Below, piece by piece: positions 55,763 to 63,453 of a DNA stretch of 64,000 nucleotides (positions within the stretch are counted from its first letter, which is position 1; each line of letters starts with the position of its first letter). Origin of the DNA: Patescibacteria group bacterium (GTDB taxonomy: Bacteria; Patescibacteriota; Patescibacteriia; Patescibacteriales; GWC2-42-12); the NCBI GenBank assembly GCA_041653215.1, contig JBAZFW010000002.1, positions 8,990 to 72,989 of the forward strand, written 5' to 3'. A program made the position numbers and the translations under genes. The notes below the pieces were generated by a model, which searched no databases, was not told the origin of the DNA, and saw nothing but the letters and a program-made list of their open reading frames with translations.

Positions 55763-55814
55763 CGCGATATCCGCAAGGGCTAAAGCCACATTCTAAAGAA
55801 CATCGGATATCGCG
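55763..55814. repeat. 11-bp perfect inverted repeat cgcgatatccg / cggatatcgcg with 30-nt loop
   Basis: Arms at 55763-55773 and 55804-55814. A small ggc-taaa-gcc hairpin lies inside the loop. The repeat sits between the hypothetical gene and the femAB-like gene. Confidence 0.6.
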
Positions 55815-55830
55815 AAAACGTTAATATGTT

Positions 55831-56874
55831 ATGCAAAATGATATAAATATGCAAATTATTATAAAAACAATTGAATCCCAAGTCGAATGGCGCGAAGCCG
55901 AAGCACTATTTAAACCGCATACATTCTTACAATCGTGGGAATGGAGTATATCACAAGAAGCTTTAGGCCAAAAAATTTTTCGCTTAGGAATATTTAAAGA
56001 CGATAAAATAATTGGCATGGCTTTTTTCTATTTAATAAAAGCCAGACGCGGTTCATTTCTTTTTTGTCCGCATGGTCCGATTATTGATTGGCGAGAAGCT
56101 GATTCAGTATTGCCGATTTTACTTAAATATTTAATTAAGCTTGGCAAAGAAATAAAAGCTGATTTTATACGAATTAGTCCTTTAGCCGAAAATTCAACCG
56201 CTAATCAAAAAATTGTTAAAAATTTAGGCTTTAAACCGGCACCAGTTCATATGATGCACCCGGAATTATCATGGATGATTGATTTAACGCCAGGAGAAGA
56301 AATTATCTTAAGCAACATGGAAAAACGCACGCGTTATTCCATCCGCAAAGCTGAAAAAGATGGCGTTGAAGTAATTTCTTCTACTGATCAAAACGATCTT
56401 GATAAATTTTATGAAATTTACAAACAAACTGCCGATCGCCAAGGGTTTGTGCCTTATAATAAAGAATACTTAAAAAAAGAGCTGCAATCATTTTTACAAA
56501 ATAACAAAATAAAAATTTACTTTGCTTATTATCAAAAAGAATTAATAGCTACCGCCATGATTGTTTATACTAATAATTCAGCCTTTTATCATCACGGCGC
56601 TTCTATTAGAAAATATTCCAATATTACGGCTTCAGAGTTATTACAATGGGCCGCCATAAAAGAAGCAAAACAAAGCGGCCTGTCTTATTATAATTTTTGG
56701 GGAATTGTTAACGAAAAAGAAAAAAATCATCCTTGGGCCGGATTAAGTAAGTTTAAAAAGGGCTTTGGCGGCTTCGCGGAAGAATACTTGCACGCCCAAG
56801 ATTATGTTTTGTCAAAAAAATATTGGTTAAATTATCTAATTGAAATGATAAGAAAAATTAAACGCGGATATTAA
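55831..56874 (+). CDS. FemAB-family peptidoglycan interpeptide-bridge aminoacyltransferase
   Basis: HTFLQSWEWS, a two-lobed GNAT architecture, and FYHHGAS...YNFWGI, typical of FemX/FemAB proteins. Confidence 0.75.
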   Translation: MQNDINMQIIIKTIESQVEWREAEALFKPHTFLQSWEWSISQEALGQKIFRLGIFKDDKIIGMAFFYLIKARRGSFLFCPHGPIIDWREADSVLPILLKYLIKLGKEIKADFIRISPLAENSTANQKIVKNLGFKPAPVHMMHPELSWMIDLTPGEEIILSNMEKRTRYSIRKAEKDGVEVISSTDQNDLDKFYEIYKQTADRQGFVPYNKEYLKKELQSFLQNNKIKIYFAYYQKELIATAMIVYTNNSAFYHHGASIRKYSNITASELLQWAAIKEAKQSGLSYYNFWGIVNEKEKNHPWAGLSKFKKGFGGFAEEYLHAQDYVLSKKYWLNYLIEMIRKIKRGY

Positions 56875-56876
56875 AT

Positions 56877-57764
56877 ATGATGATGTTAAATAATAGAAAC
56901 AACTTTAATAAAATCACTAGGATGGGCGGCCGTAACCGGAAGAAATTTATTTACACAAAAAAAACTTATTCTAATCCATTTTTCCGCCATAAAAATACCC
57001 GAAAGGTTGAAACCGGCCTGCTTTCTAATAAAACAAAACTTTCTATTTTCGCCACTATTATTGCGATTGCGATTTTAATTTGGCTTTTATTTTTTTCTAC
57101 GCTTTTCAAAATAAATAATATTATAGTTTCTGGTGTTAATGACAATATGGCCAAAGAAATTGAAAATATGGCGCGCGACCTAGCGGAGAACAGAATATTC
57201 GGAAAAAATAATTTGCTACTTTATAATAAAGATGACTTAAATAAAACTTTAAATGAAAAATATTATCTAAGCGATCTAACTATCAAAAGAAAATTTTTGC
57301 ATACTTTAGTTATAAATTTAAGCGAAAAGCAGCAATCGGCGGTTTGGCGTGAAGATGATCAATATTATTATATAGATGGGGAGGGGAGTATCATAAATCA
57401 AGTTGACGCTTTAAACATAAATGGCAACGATTACCCGATAATAGAAAATTTAACTGATATAAAAATAGTTGAGCGAAAAGCTAATATAAATAAAGAGGCA
57501 ATAGATTATATTTTAAATTTGTTTAATGAGTTTAAGGAAAAAAAACATAATTTTGAAATCGAAAAATTTATTGTTGATAAAGACGCCAACACGGTAAAAA
57601 TGGCGATTATGTCAGGACCAAAAATTTATTTTAATATTAAAACGTCAGTAGCTGAGCAAGCAGCTAAACTTGACTTAATAATAAAGGATAAGCTAAAAAA
57701 CGACTTTACTAGTGTAAAAGAATATATTGATTTAAGATACGCTAATAATGTTTATATAAAATAA
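56877..57764 (+). CDS. ftsQ: FtsQ/DivIB-like cell-division protein
   Basis: A basic N-terminus and a single TM helix, then a POTRA-like start (FKINNIIVSGVND). Its position downstream of mur/fem genes supports the call. Confidence 0.55.
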   Translation: MMMLNNRNNFNKITRMGGRNRKKFIYTKKTYSNPFFRHKNTRKVETGLLSNKTKLSIFATIIAIAILIWLLFFSTLFKINNIIVSGVNDNMAKEIENMARDLAENRIFGKNNLLLYNKDDLNKTLNEKYYLSDLTIKRKFLHTLVINLSEKQQSAVWREDDQYYYIDGEGSIINQVDALNINGNDYPIIENLTDIKIVERKANINKEAIDYILNLFNEFKEKKHNFEIEKFIVDKDANTVKMAIMSGPKIYFNIKTSVAEQAAKLDLIIKDKLKNDFTSVKEYIDLRYANNVYIK

Positions 57765-57832
57765 CTTGCCTACTAATATTTTGCGACACATAGACTTTTA
57801 CAACACCCATAATTATAAAAAAGGCGTTTATG

Positions 57833-57841
57833 TGCTATAAT
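57833..57841 (+). promoter_or_regulatory. Extended -10 element TGCTATAAT
   Basis: tgctataat lies in the 230-bp non-coding stretch after ftsQ. No obvious gene lies downstream except a 49-aa ORF. Confidence 0.3.
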
Positions 57842-57992
57842 GTTAAATAGAGTTAAACGAGGTGGCAAATAACTAAAAATTTAGTTCAATAATAAAAAAT
57901 AAATTTATTCTAAATAAACTCACTAAAATTTAAATCAAAAAAGGTATATACATACCAATGGGCAGTTTAAATTTTAATCCGCAAATAACCTT

Positions 57993-58142
57993 ATGCAAGG
58001 AATTTTTAAAACATTGTTTGTTTTGGGAGTAATAGTATTTTGTATAGTAGTTATTGCTTTATTTTTGCTTTTATTAAAACTAATACTATTATTTAACCCC
58101 GAAATAAATATCTTCGGCATGTTAATCCAGCCAATGCAATAA
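57993..58142 (+). CDS. Possible 49-aa hydrophobic peptide
   Basis: MQGIFKTLFVLGVIVFCIVVIALFLLLLKLILLFNPEINIFGMLIQPMQ. One TM helix and no homology evidence. Confidence 0.2.
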   Translation: MQGIFKTLFVLGVIVFCIVVIALFLLLLKLILLFNPEINIFGMLIQPMQ

Positions 58143-58167
58143 AGTTTTACTTCAAAATACTATTCAG

Positions 58168-58195
58168 GCGTCGCATAAGTTATATTGTGCGACGC
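58168..58195. other. 28-bp imperfect palindrome with 11-6-11 architecture (dif-like site or bidirectional terminator)
   Basis: gcgtcgcataa-gttata-ttgtgcgacgc lies at the point where gene orientation switches from + to -. Confidence 0.4.
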
Positions 58196-58208
58196 TATTA
58201 TATTTAGA

Positions 58209-58230
58209 AAGTATAGCTAATGCTATACTT
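58209..58230. terminator. Hairpin between convergent genes
   Basis: aagtatagc-taat-gctatactt. Confidence 0.45.
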
Positions 58231-58394
58231 CTCTTTCAACTCGTAACGTTATTAAGTTTTATTTCTCATTTAATACTTCTAAAGCTTTCTTATAAAAAGG
58301 TTTAGCAATTTTTTGCGCGTTAGATGATGAGATTCTACTAAAATAATATTTTAATTTTTTATCATTTAACCGCTTATCCCCTATTATTAATCTA

Positions 58395-58781
58395 TTATCT
58401 AAAATACTCCCCCAATATTTTATCTTTTCTAAATTTATTTATATTCCTCGTCACCTGTTTATAAAAAATCGGGTAATGAATTCTCGTTATTATTCTACCC
58501 TTAAAACGCGAACGATAAGGCATTTTCTGATGATGCGCGGCTTCATGAGCTAAAGTTTTTAAAATTGAAGAAATTTTTTTAGGCTTTCTAAATTTAGGGG
58601 TAAAAATATCAATCGTAATAAGCCCGGTCTTTAAATTTGTCCTACCGATGATAAAACCGCGCTTAGTATTAACTTGATCATCTTTTCGTCGCATCGGCCT
58701 AAATTTTAGCCTACTAAAGTCAAGTAAATTTAAAGCATGATTACAAAGATTTTGCACTTTCTGTTCAAAAAAAATTTCCAT
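58395..58781 (-). CDS. SprT-like/WLM-like zinc metallopeptidase (probably frameshifted at its 3' end)
   Basis: HExxH in TLAHEAAHH. The coding signal continues in another frame down to 58259 (see finding). Confidence 0.5.
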   Translation of the reverse strand: MEIFFEQKVQNLCNHALNLLDFSRLKFRPMRRKDDQVNTKRGFIIGRTNLKTGLITIDIFTPKFRKPKKISSILKTLAHEAAHHQKMPYRSRFKGRIITRIHYPIFYKQVTRNINKFRKDKILGEYFR

Positions 58782-58853
58782 TGTTTTATTTTAATTTTCT
58801 ATTATTTTATTAGTTTACCATTTCTTTTTCAATATCGTCAAAATAAAAAAACC

Positions 58854-58885
58854 CGAGGCTTGAATTGGCCTCGGGGATTAAATTT
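58854..58885 (-). terminator. Intrinsic terminator of the glutamine synthetase gene
   Basis: On the minus strand, cccgaggc-caattcaa-gcctcggg is followed by a T run (plus-strand A run at 58854-58861). Confidence 0.7.
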
Positions 58886-58896
58886 TATAAATTACT

Positions 58897-60327
58897 TTAT
58901 TGCTCCTCAACGTCAAATGGAAAATTTTCTACAATATCTCTGTCAGTAATCTGCGTACATTCTTTATGCCAGACAATACCGCCCAAAGTGAATAAAGAAT
59001 CAATGAGAAAATTACCAAGATACTTTCTGAGCATTTTGCTCTTATACATCAAAGTTAAGGCCTCTCCAAAATGCAAAGGTAACCTGTTTTCTTTCCCGTA
59101 GTTATAATAGCCATGTCCTTTATGCATTTCCAGAACAAGCCCTTCTTCAATGCCTGCCAACCCGGCAGCAAGATGAGCGGCGCAACTTGAATAAGGATTG
59201 CTTAAACCGTCGGCTGAACGGATTTCTGTCCTTATTTTTTTGGTTCCTTTCATGTGGCCGCGGGCAAATGCCGTCCTATCTTTCCAACCGAAAAATAAAT
59301 CCTCAGGTGCCTCTGCTTTCTTCGTAAACCGTTTAAAGGAAATAGGCGCTGGATTTGTCAATAATGTATATTCCCGGCCATATTTTAAATTGCCGGCAGT
59401 ATAGCTTCTCATGATATATGAAGCTCCATCTTTTGTACGCTTATCATAGAAAACATTGACTTGCTGATATACGCCATCGATTTCTTCCATAGCAAAAATG
59501 TTCTCATGTATATGTTTACCGCTGCCGTTGACGTTTTCGTTAAATTTCGGGATAAGCGAAAATCTATATCCATGTTTTTTCGCTACGGCATTAATAACAT
59601 ACATCATGATCACAACATTATCAGCGCTGGATAAAATATCACTGAGCTCGATATTTATCTCATATTGCAATCCTGCTACTTCGGTATGATATTTCTCTGG
59701 TTTCACGCCAAGTTTGCCCAAATATACCACAATTTCCTTTAGTATCTCGTCGCATTCGCCCGCCAAAGTTCTGAAATAATGATTATTTTTTAAATCCGCG
59801 AGATGGATTTTAGTATAATCATAATCCTTACGAACGAGAAGAAATTCAAGTTCCGGAGCAAAAGCCGCCCAAAAATTCTTGATTTTTCTTTCCGGCTGGA
59901 CTTTTTTTATGTATTTTGGCAAATTGCGTTCCATCTTTCTAACTAATTTCTTTAAAATTCCTCTGGTGCAGCCCTCAAAAGGTTTTAATGGTTCGCCTTC
60001 TTTCTCCGGCGGATAATATAAATCACATATTACCAGCGCCGTATCAGAAGTCCAGGGAATTTTTCGTAAAGTGGAAAGGTCGGGAACAAACACCATATCG
60101 CTCTCAGTTGTCATAATTATCTGGCTGAATAAAACAGACCCATCAACGCCTATATTCCGCACATCTATATCATCAGAATCGCGCGGATAATAAGCCGTTA
60201 CTTCGCGAATGTGGCCTTGCATATCAGCGCCAAGACATTTTATAAATCTTATGTTTTGATCCTTCTTTATTTCCTCAATTCTTTCTTTCGCTTGTCTTTT
60301 TCTTTCATCGCCATTACTAATAATCAT
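58897..60327 (-). CDS. glnA: Glutamine synthetase family protein
   Basis: FAPELEFLL, HTEVAGLQYEINI, NGSGKHIHENIF and RTEIRSADGLSNPY match the GS catalytic motifs. A strong SD (aaggaggaagggg) is upstream on the minus strand. Confidence 0.8.
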   Translation of the reverse strand: MIISNGDERKRQAKERIEEIKKDQNIRFIKCLGADMQGHIREVTAYYPRDSDDIDVRNIGVDGSVLFSQIIMTTESDMVFVPDLSTLRKIPWTSDTALVICDLYYPPEKEGEPLKPFEGCTRGILKKLVRKMERNLPKYIKKVQPERKIKNFWAAFAPELEFLLVRKDYDYTKIHLADLKNNHYFRTLAGECDEILKEIVVYLGKLGVKPEKYHTEVAGLQYEINIELSDILSSADNVVIMMYVINAVAKKHGYRFSLIPKFNENVNGSGKHIHENIFAMEEIDGVYQQVNVFYDKRTKDGASYIMRSYTAGNLKYGREYTLLTNPAPISFKRFTKKAEAPEDLFFGWKDRTAFARGHMKGTKKIRTEIRSADGLSNPYSSCAAHLAAGLAGIEEGLVLEMHKGHGYYNYGKENRLPLHFGEALTLMYKSKMLRKYLGNFLIDSLFTLGGIVWHKECTQITDRDIVENFPFDVEEQ

Positions 60328-60431
60328 CTCCCCTTCCTCCTTATTTTTTATATATTCTGTAATTATTTATTGTTTTCAATGACCATTTATTCTGACCCTT
60401 AATCTTACTATATATTTTAAAAAAGTAAAGC

Positions 60432-61673
60432 TTATGGCAAATACTCTAACGGATTAACCGGAATGCCGTTTAAACGAACTTCGAAGTGTAAATGCGGCCC
60501 GGTTGTGAGTGAACCGGCTCCGTTTGTGCCCGGCATACCTCCAGAAAGGCCGATAGTTTGACCTTGCACAACATATTCGTCAGGTTGTACATATATTTTA
60601 GATACATGGCCGTAAACCGTGGCTAAACCGTCGCCATGGACTATCATAATATAGCTATAGCCTTTACCAGCATTTTTAGCTATAGCGACATAGCCTGAGG
60701 CTGCGGCCCTTAAAGTACTACCTTGAGACGCTCTAATGTCAATAGCCGGATGTTCAAAAATATAACGATAAGGATAATCAGGATCATGAAAAGTGGAAGT
60801 TATAGTATTGCGCGGCACCGGCCAAATTAAACCAGCGTCATTAAATTCTAACTTTTCTCCGGAAAGTTTTGATAATTTAGCTCTCATGGCCCTCTCTAAG
60901 CTTACAATATTAGACTCGGCTTGCTGTTGTTCTTGCTTAGCTAATTTTAATAATCTTTGATATTCTCTTTCCGAAGATCTGGTCTGATCTAAAAGATATG
61001 ATTTATTGTCCTGCTCTGAAGCTAAACCAACTTTTTTATTTTCAAGATCTACTTTTAGCGCGGACAATTCTCTTTTCTTTTCAGTTAAACTTTTTTGCTG
61101 ATTCTCTAAATCTTTTTTATATTGTTTTATAGTTTCAAGGCTAGAAGCTATTTCTTTATTTATATCTTCTAAATATTTAACTTGGCTAACAAAATCATTT
61201 AAGGTGCCGTTAATCAATAATATTTCTAAAGTGGATTTATTATCTTGCTCTTGCATTAATCTAAGGACCGAGGAAATATGCTCTTTTTGTTTTAAAATTT
61301 GCTCATCCTTGGCTTTTATTTCAAGATTGACTTTATCTATTTCTAAATTAGTTCGATCAATTTCAATTTGCGCGCTTTCAATATCTAAAGCGGCTTTAGC
61401 TAAACGATTTTCTAAAATAGCTAATTGATTATTTAAACTGGCTTTTTCGCTCTGCTTTTGCTTAATCAAACCCTCATAAACAGCTTGCTGCTCTTGTATC
61501 TTCTTTATTCTATCTTGCTGAGCTTGGATATCTTTATTTATATCTTTTATTTCGTCATTTACATCAACTCCGGTTTGTCCATAAGTAAAACTAGACGAAT
61601 TTAAAAATATGCCTAAAAATAATATAGGTATGATTAACTTAATAATTTTTTTTACCCTGTTAGAAGTTCCCAT
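60432..61673 (-). CDS. M23-family murein endopeptidase with EnvC-like coiled-coil domain
   Basis: A signal/TM segment and about 250 aa of coiled coil, then HPAIDI...GHVS...GPHLHFEV. The start is probably the second ATG (61673, MGTSNRVKK...) rather than 61700. Confidence 0.85.
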   Translation of the reverse strand: MGTSNRVKKIIKLIIPILFLGIFLNSSSFTYGQTGVDVNDEIKDINKDIQAQQDRIKKIQEQQAVYEGLIKQKQSEKASLNNQLAILENRLAKAALDIESAQIEIDRTNLEIDKVNLEIKAKDEQILKQKEHISSVLRLMQEQDNKSTLEILLINGTLNDFVSQVKYLEDINKEIASSLETIKQYKKDLENQQKSLTEKKRELSALKVDLENKKVGLASEQDNKSYLLDQTRSSEREYQRLLKLAKQEQQQAESNIVSLERAMRAKLSKLSGEKLEFNDAGLIWPVPRNTITSTFHDPDYPYRYIFEHPAIDIRASQGSTLRAAASGYVAIAKNAGKGYSYIMIVHGDGLATVYGHVSKIYVQPDEYVVQGQTIGLSGGMPGTNGAGSLTTGPHLHFEVRLNGIPVNPLEYLP

Positions 61674-61745
61674 ATTAATGGTAATTACAATTTGCCCCAT
61701 TAGTTATCTTGGCCATTGAAGACTTCTAACAGGGTGAATAATGTT

Positions 61746-61754
61746 ATTATAACA
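61746..61754 (-). promoter_or_regulatory. Extended -10 element TGTTATAAT (minus strand)
   Basis: The plus-strand sequence attataaca reads tgttataat on the minus strand, about 12 nt upstream of the 5' arm of the hairpin at 61722-61734. Confidence 0.4.
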
Positions 61755-61770
61755 TTTTTTATACAATTTA

Positions 61771-61796
61771 AAAAGCGGTGCAAAAACCCGCTTTTT
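61771..61796 (-). terminator. Intrinsic terminator after gltX (A/T-flanked, potentially bidirectional)
   Basis: aaaagcgg-tgcaaaaac-ccgctttt. Confidence 0.6.
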
Positions 61797-61815
61797 AAAA
61801 CTACCGTATAATAAA

Positions 61816-63309
61816 CTATAACTTTTTTATAGCCTGATTTATTCTTTTTAAACTTTCTGGCTTGCCTAAAACTTCGGCGACTTCAAACGGTCCAGGGCTA
61901 GCCTGAAGCCCGGTTAAAGCAACGCGCGTCGGCCAAAGGTAATCCCCTACTTTTAACTCTTTTTCTTTTAAATAATCTATAATATCTTTTTCAATATTTT
62001 CTTTAAGCCAATCGCTATCAGTAATTTTTTCTAATAAATCATAAACAACTTGTAAATTTTCTTTAACCTGTTTTTCGTCTAACTTTTTCCAGATTAACAA
62101 TTTCTTTTCATAGTCTAATTCGTCCATAAAGAAAAATCTGGTTGACTCACCTATTTCTGATAATTTTTTTAACCTTTCCTGCTCTAACCCTATGGCTTTT
62201 TCTATAAAATCAATGGATTGTTTTTTATTATCTTTCGTTAACTTTAAATTTTCGCCCATAAAAGGCAAACATAATTTAGCTAATTTTTCTAACGAAATTT
62301 GCCTAATATAATAGCCATTAAAATAATCTAATTTTTCTATGTCAAAAATCGCCGGGCTAGTTCCCATGTCTTTATAATCAAAATATTCAATCATCTGTTC
62401 AAGACTTAATATTTCATCTTTTTTATCTTTCGGGGCTTTAGCCGAAGCCGACGGATGCCAACCTTGTAAAACACAGAAATTTAATAAAGCTTCTGGCAAA
62501 TAACCTTTAACGCGATAATCTTCAACCGCTACATCGCCCTGACGCTTACTTAATTTACCGCCTTCTTTATTCAAGGTTAACGGCAAATGAATAAATTTAG
62601 GCGCTTCCCAACCAAAAGATTGATATAATAAAATATTTTTAGGAAAACTAGACAACCATTCATCACCCCTTAAAACATGGCTTATTTTCATTAAATGATC
62701 ATCAACTACGTTAGCGAACTGATAAGTCGGCATGCCGTCTGATTTTATTAAAACTTGATCTTCTAAATCGGTTACTGCGAATTTAATATCGCCGCGCAGT
62801 TCGTCATGAACTATAACTTCGCCGTCTAACGGCATTTTTTGCCTAATAACAAATTTTTCTCCGGCCTTAATTCTTTTTTCAACTTCTTCTTTACTAAGTT
62901 CGCGGCAAGTTCGATCATAACGCGGCGGTTTTTTTTCGGCCTGCTGCGCTTCTCTCATTTGCGTTAATCTTTCCGCCGTGCAAAAACAATAATAAGCTAA
63001 CCCCTTTTTTAAAAGAATTTCCGTATATTCTTTATAAATTTCTATTCTTTCTGATTGAGTGTATAGCCCGAATTCTCCGCCAATATGCGGCCCTTCATCA
63101 AATTTTATACCTATCCAATCTAAAATATTGATTAGGCCCTTAACAGCGCCTTCAACTTCTCTTTTTTGATCAGTATCTTCAATTCTTAAAATTAATTTTC
63201 CGCCCAAAGTTTTAGCAATTAGATAATCAAACAAGACAGTTCTTAGACTGCCGATATGCAAAAAACCGGTTGGTGATGGAGCAAAACGTAAGCGAATATT
63301 TTTTGACAT
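61816..63309 (-). CDS. gltX: Glutamate--tRNA ligase
   Basis: RFAPSPTGFLHIGS (HIGH) and KLSKR (KMSKS). The start was set at the second ATG (63309, MSKNIRLRF). Confidence 0.95.
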   Translation of the reverse strand: MSKNIRLRFAPSPTGFLHIGSLRTVLFDYLIAKTLGGKLILRIEDTDQKREVEGAVKGLINILDWIGIKFDEGPHIGGEFGLYTQSERIEIYKEYTEILLKKGLAYYCFCTAERLTQMREAQQAEKKPPRYDRTCRELSKEEVEKRIKAGEKFVIRQKMPLDGEVIVHDELRGDIKFAVTDLEDQVLIKSDGMPTYQFANVVDDHLMKISHVLRGDEWLSSFPKNILLYQSFGWEAPKFIHLPLTLNKEGGKLSKRQGDVAVEDYRVKGYLPEALLNFCVLQGWHPSASAKAPKDKKDEILSLEQMIEYFDYKDMGTSPAIFDIEKLDYFNGYYIRQISLEKLAKLCLPFMGENLKLTKDNKKQSIDFIEKAIGLEQERLKKLSEIGESTRFFFMDELDYEKKLLIWKKLDEKQVKENLQVVYDLLEKITDSDWLKENIEKDIIDYLKEKELKVGDYLWPTRVALTGLQASPGPFEVAEVLGKPESLKRINQAIKKL

Positions 63310-63322
63310 AAACATTATATCA

Positions 63323-63379
63323 ATTGAATTAAAATTTTATGGCCGCAGGGCTTTGCCCGCTATAAAATTTTAATTCAAT
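63323..63379. repeat. Long hairpin: 18-bp perfect AT-rich inverted repeat around a GC-rich core
   Basis: Arms attgaattaaaattttat and ataaaattttaattcaat. The core gcaggg/cccgc extends the stem. Two further hairpins follow at about 63398-63416 and 63421-63448. Confidence 0.7.
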
Positions 63380-63453
63380 ACTTTATATTTTTTGTTTATC
63401 CCGCTTAGGCGGGGAAAATATTAAAAACTTTTTCTAAAAAAGTTTTTAAAGCA

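Noticed and set aside
57958-58032. 24-aa ORF (MGSLNFNPQITLCKEFLKHCLFWE) in the ftsQ-distal gap
   Set aside because: It is very short, overlaps the slightly better 49-aa hydrophobic ORF in another frame, and has no supporting signals.
63316-63453. T-box riboswitch leader for gltX
   Set aside because: There is no specifier-loop/T-box consensus (no AGGGUGGNACCGCG-like sequence). The hairpins lie upstream of the predicted promoter and are better explained as terminators of the upstream gene.
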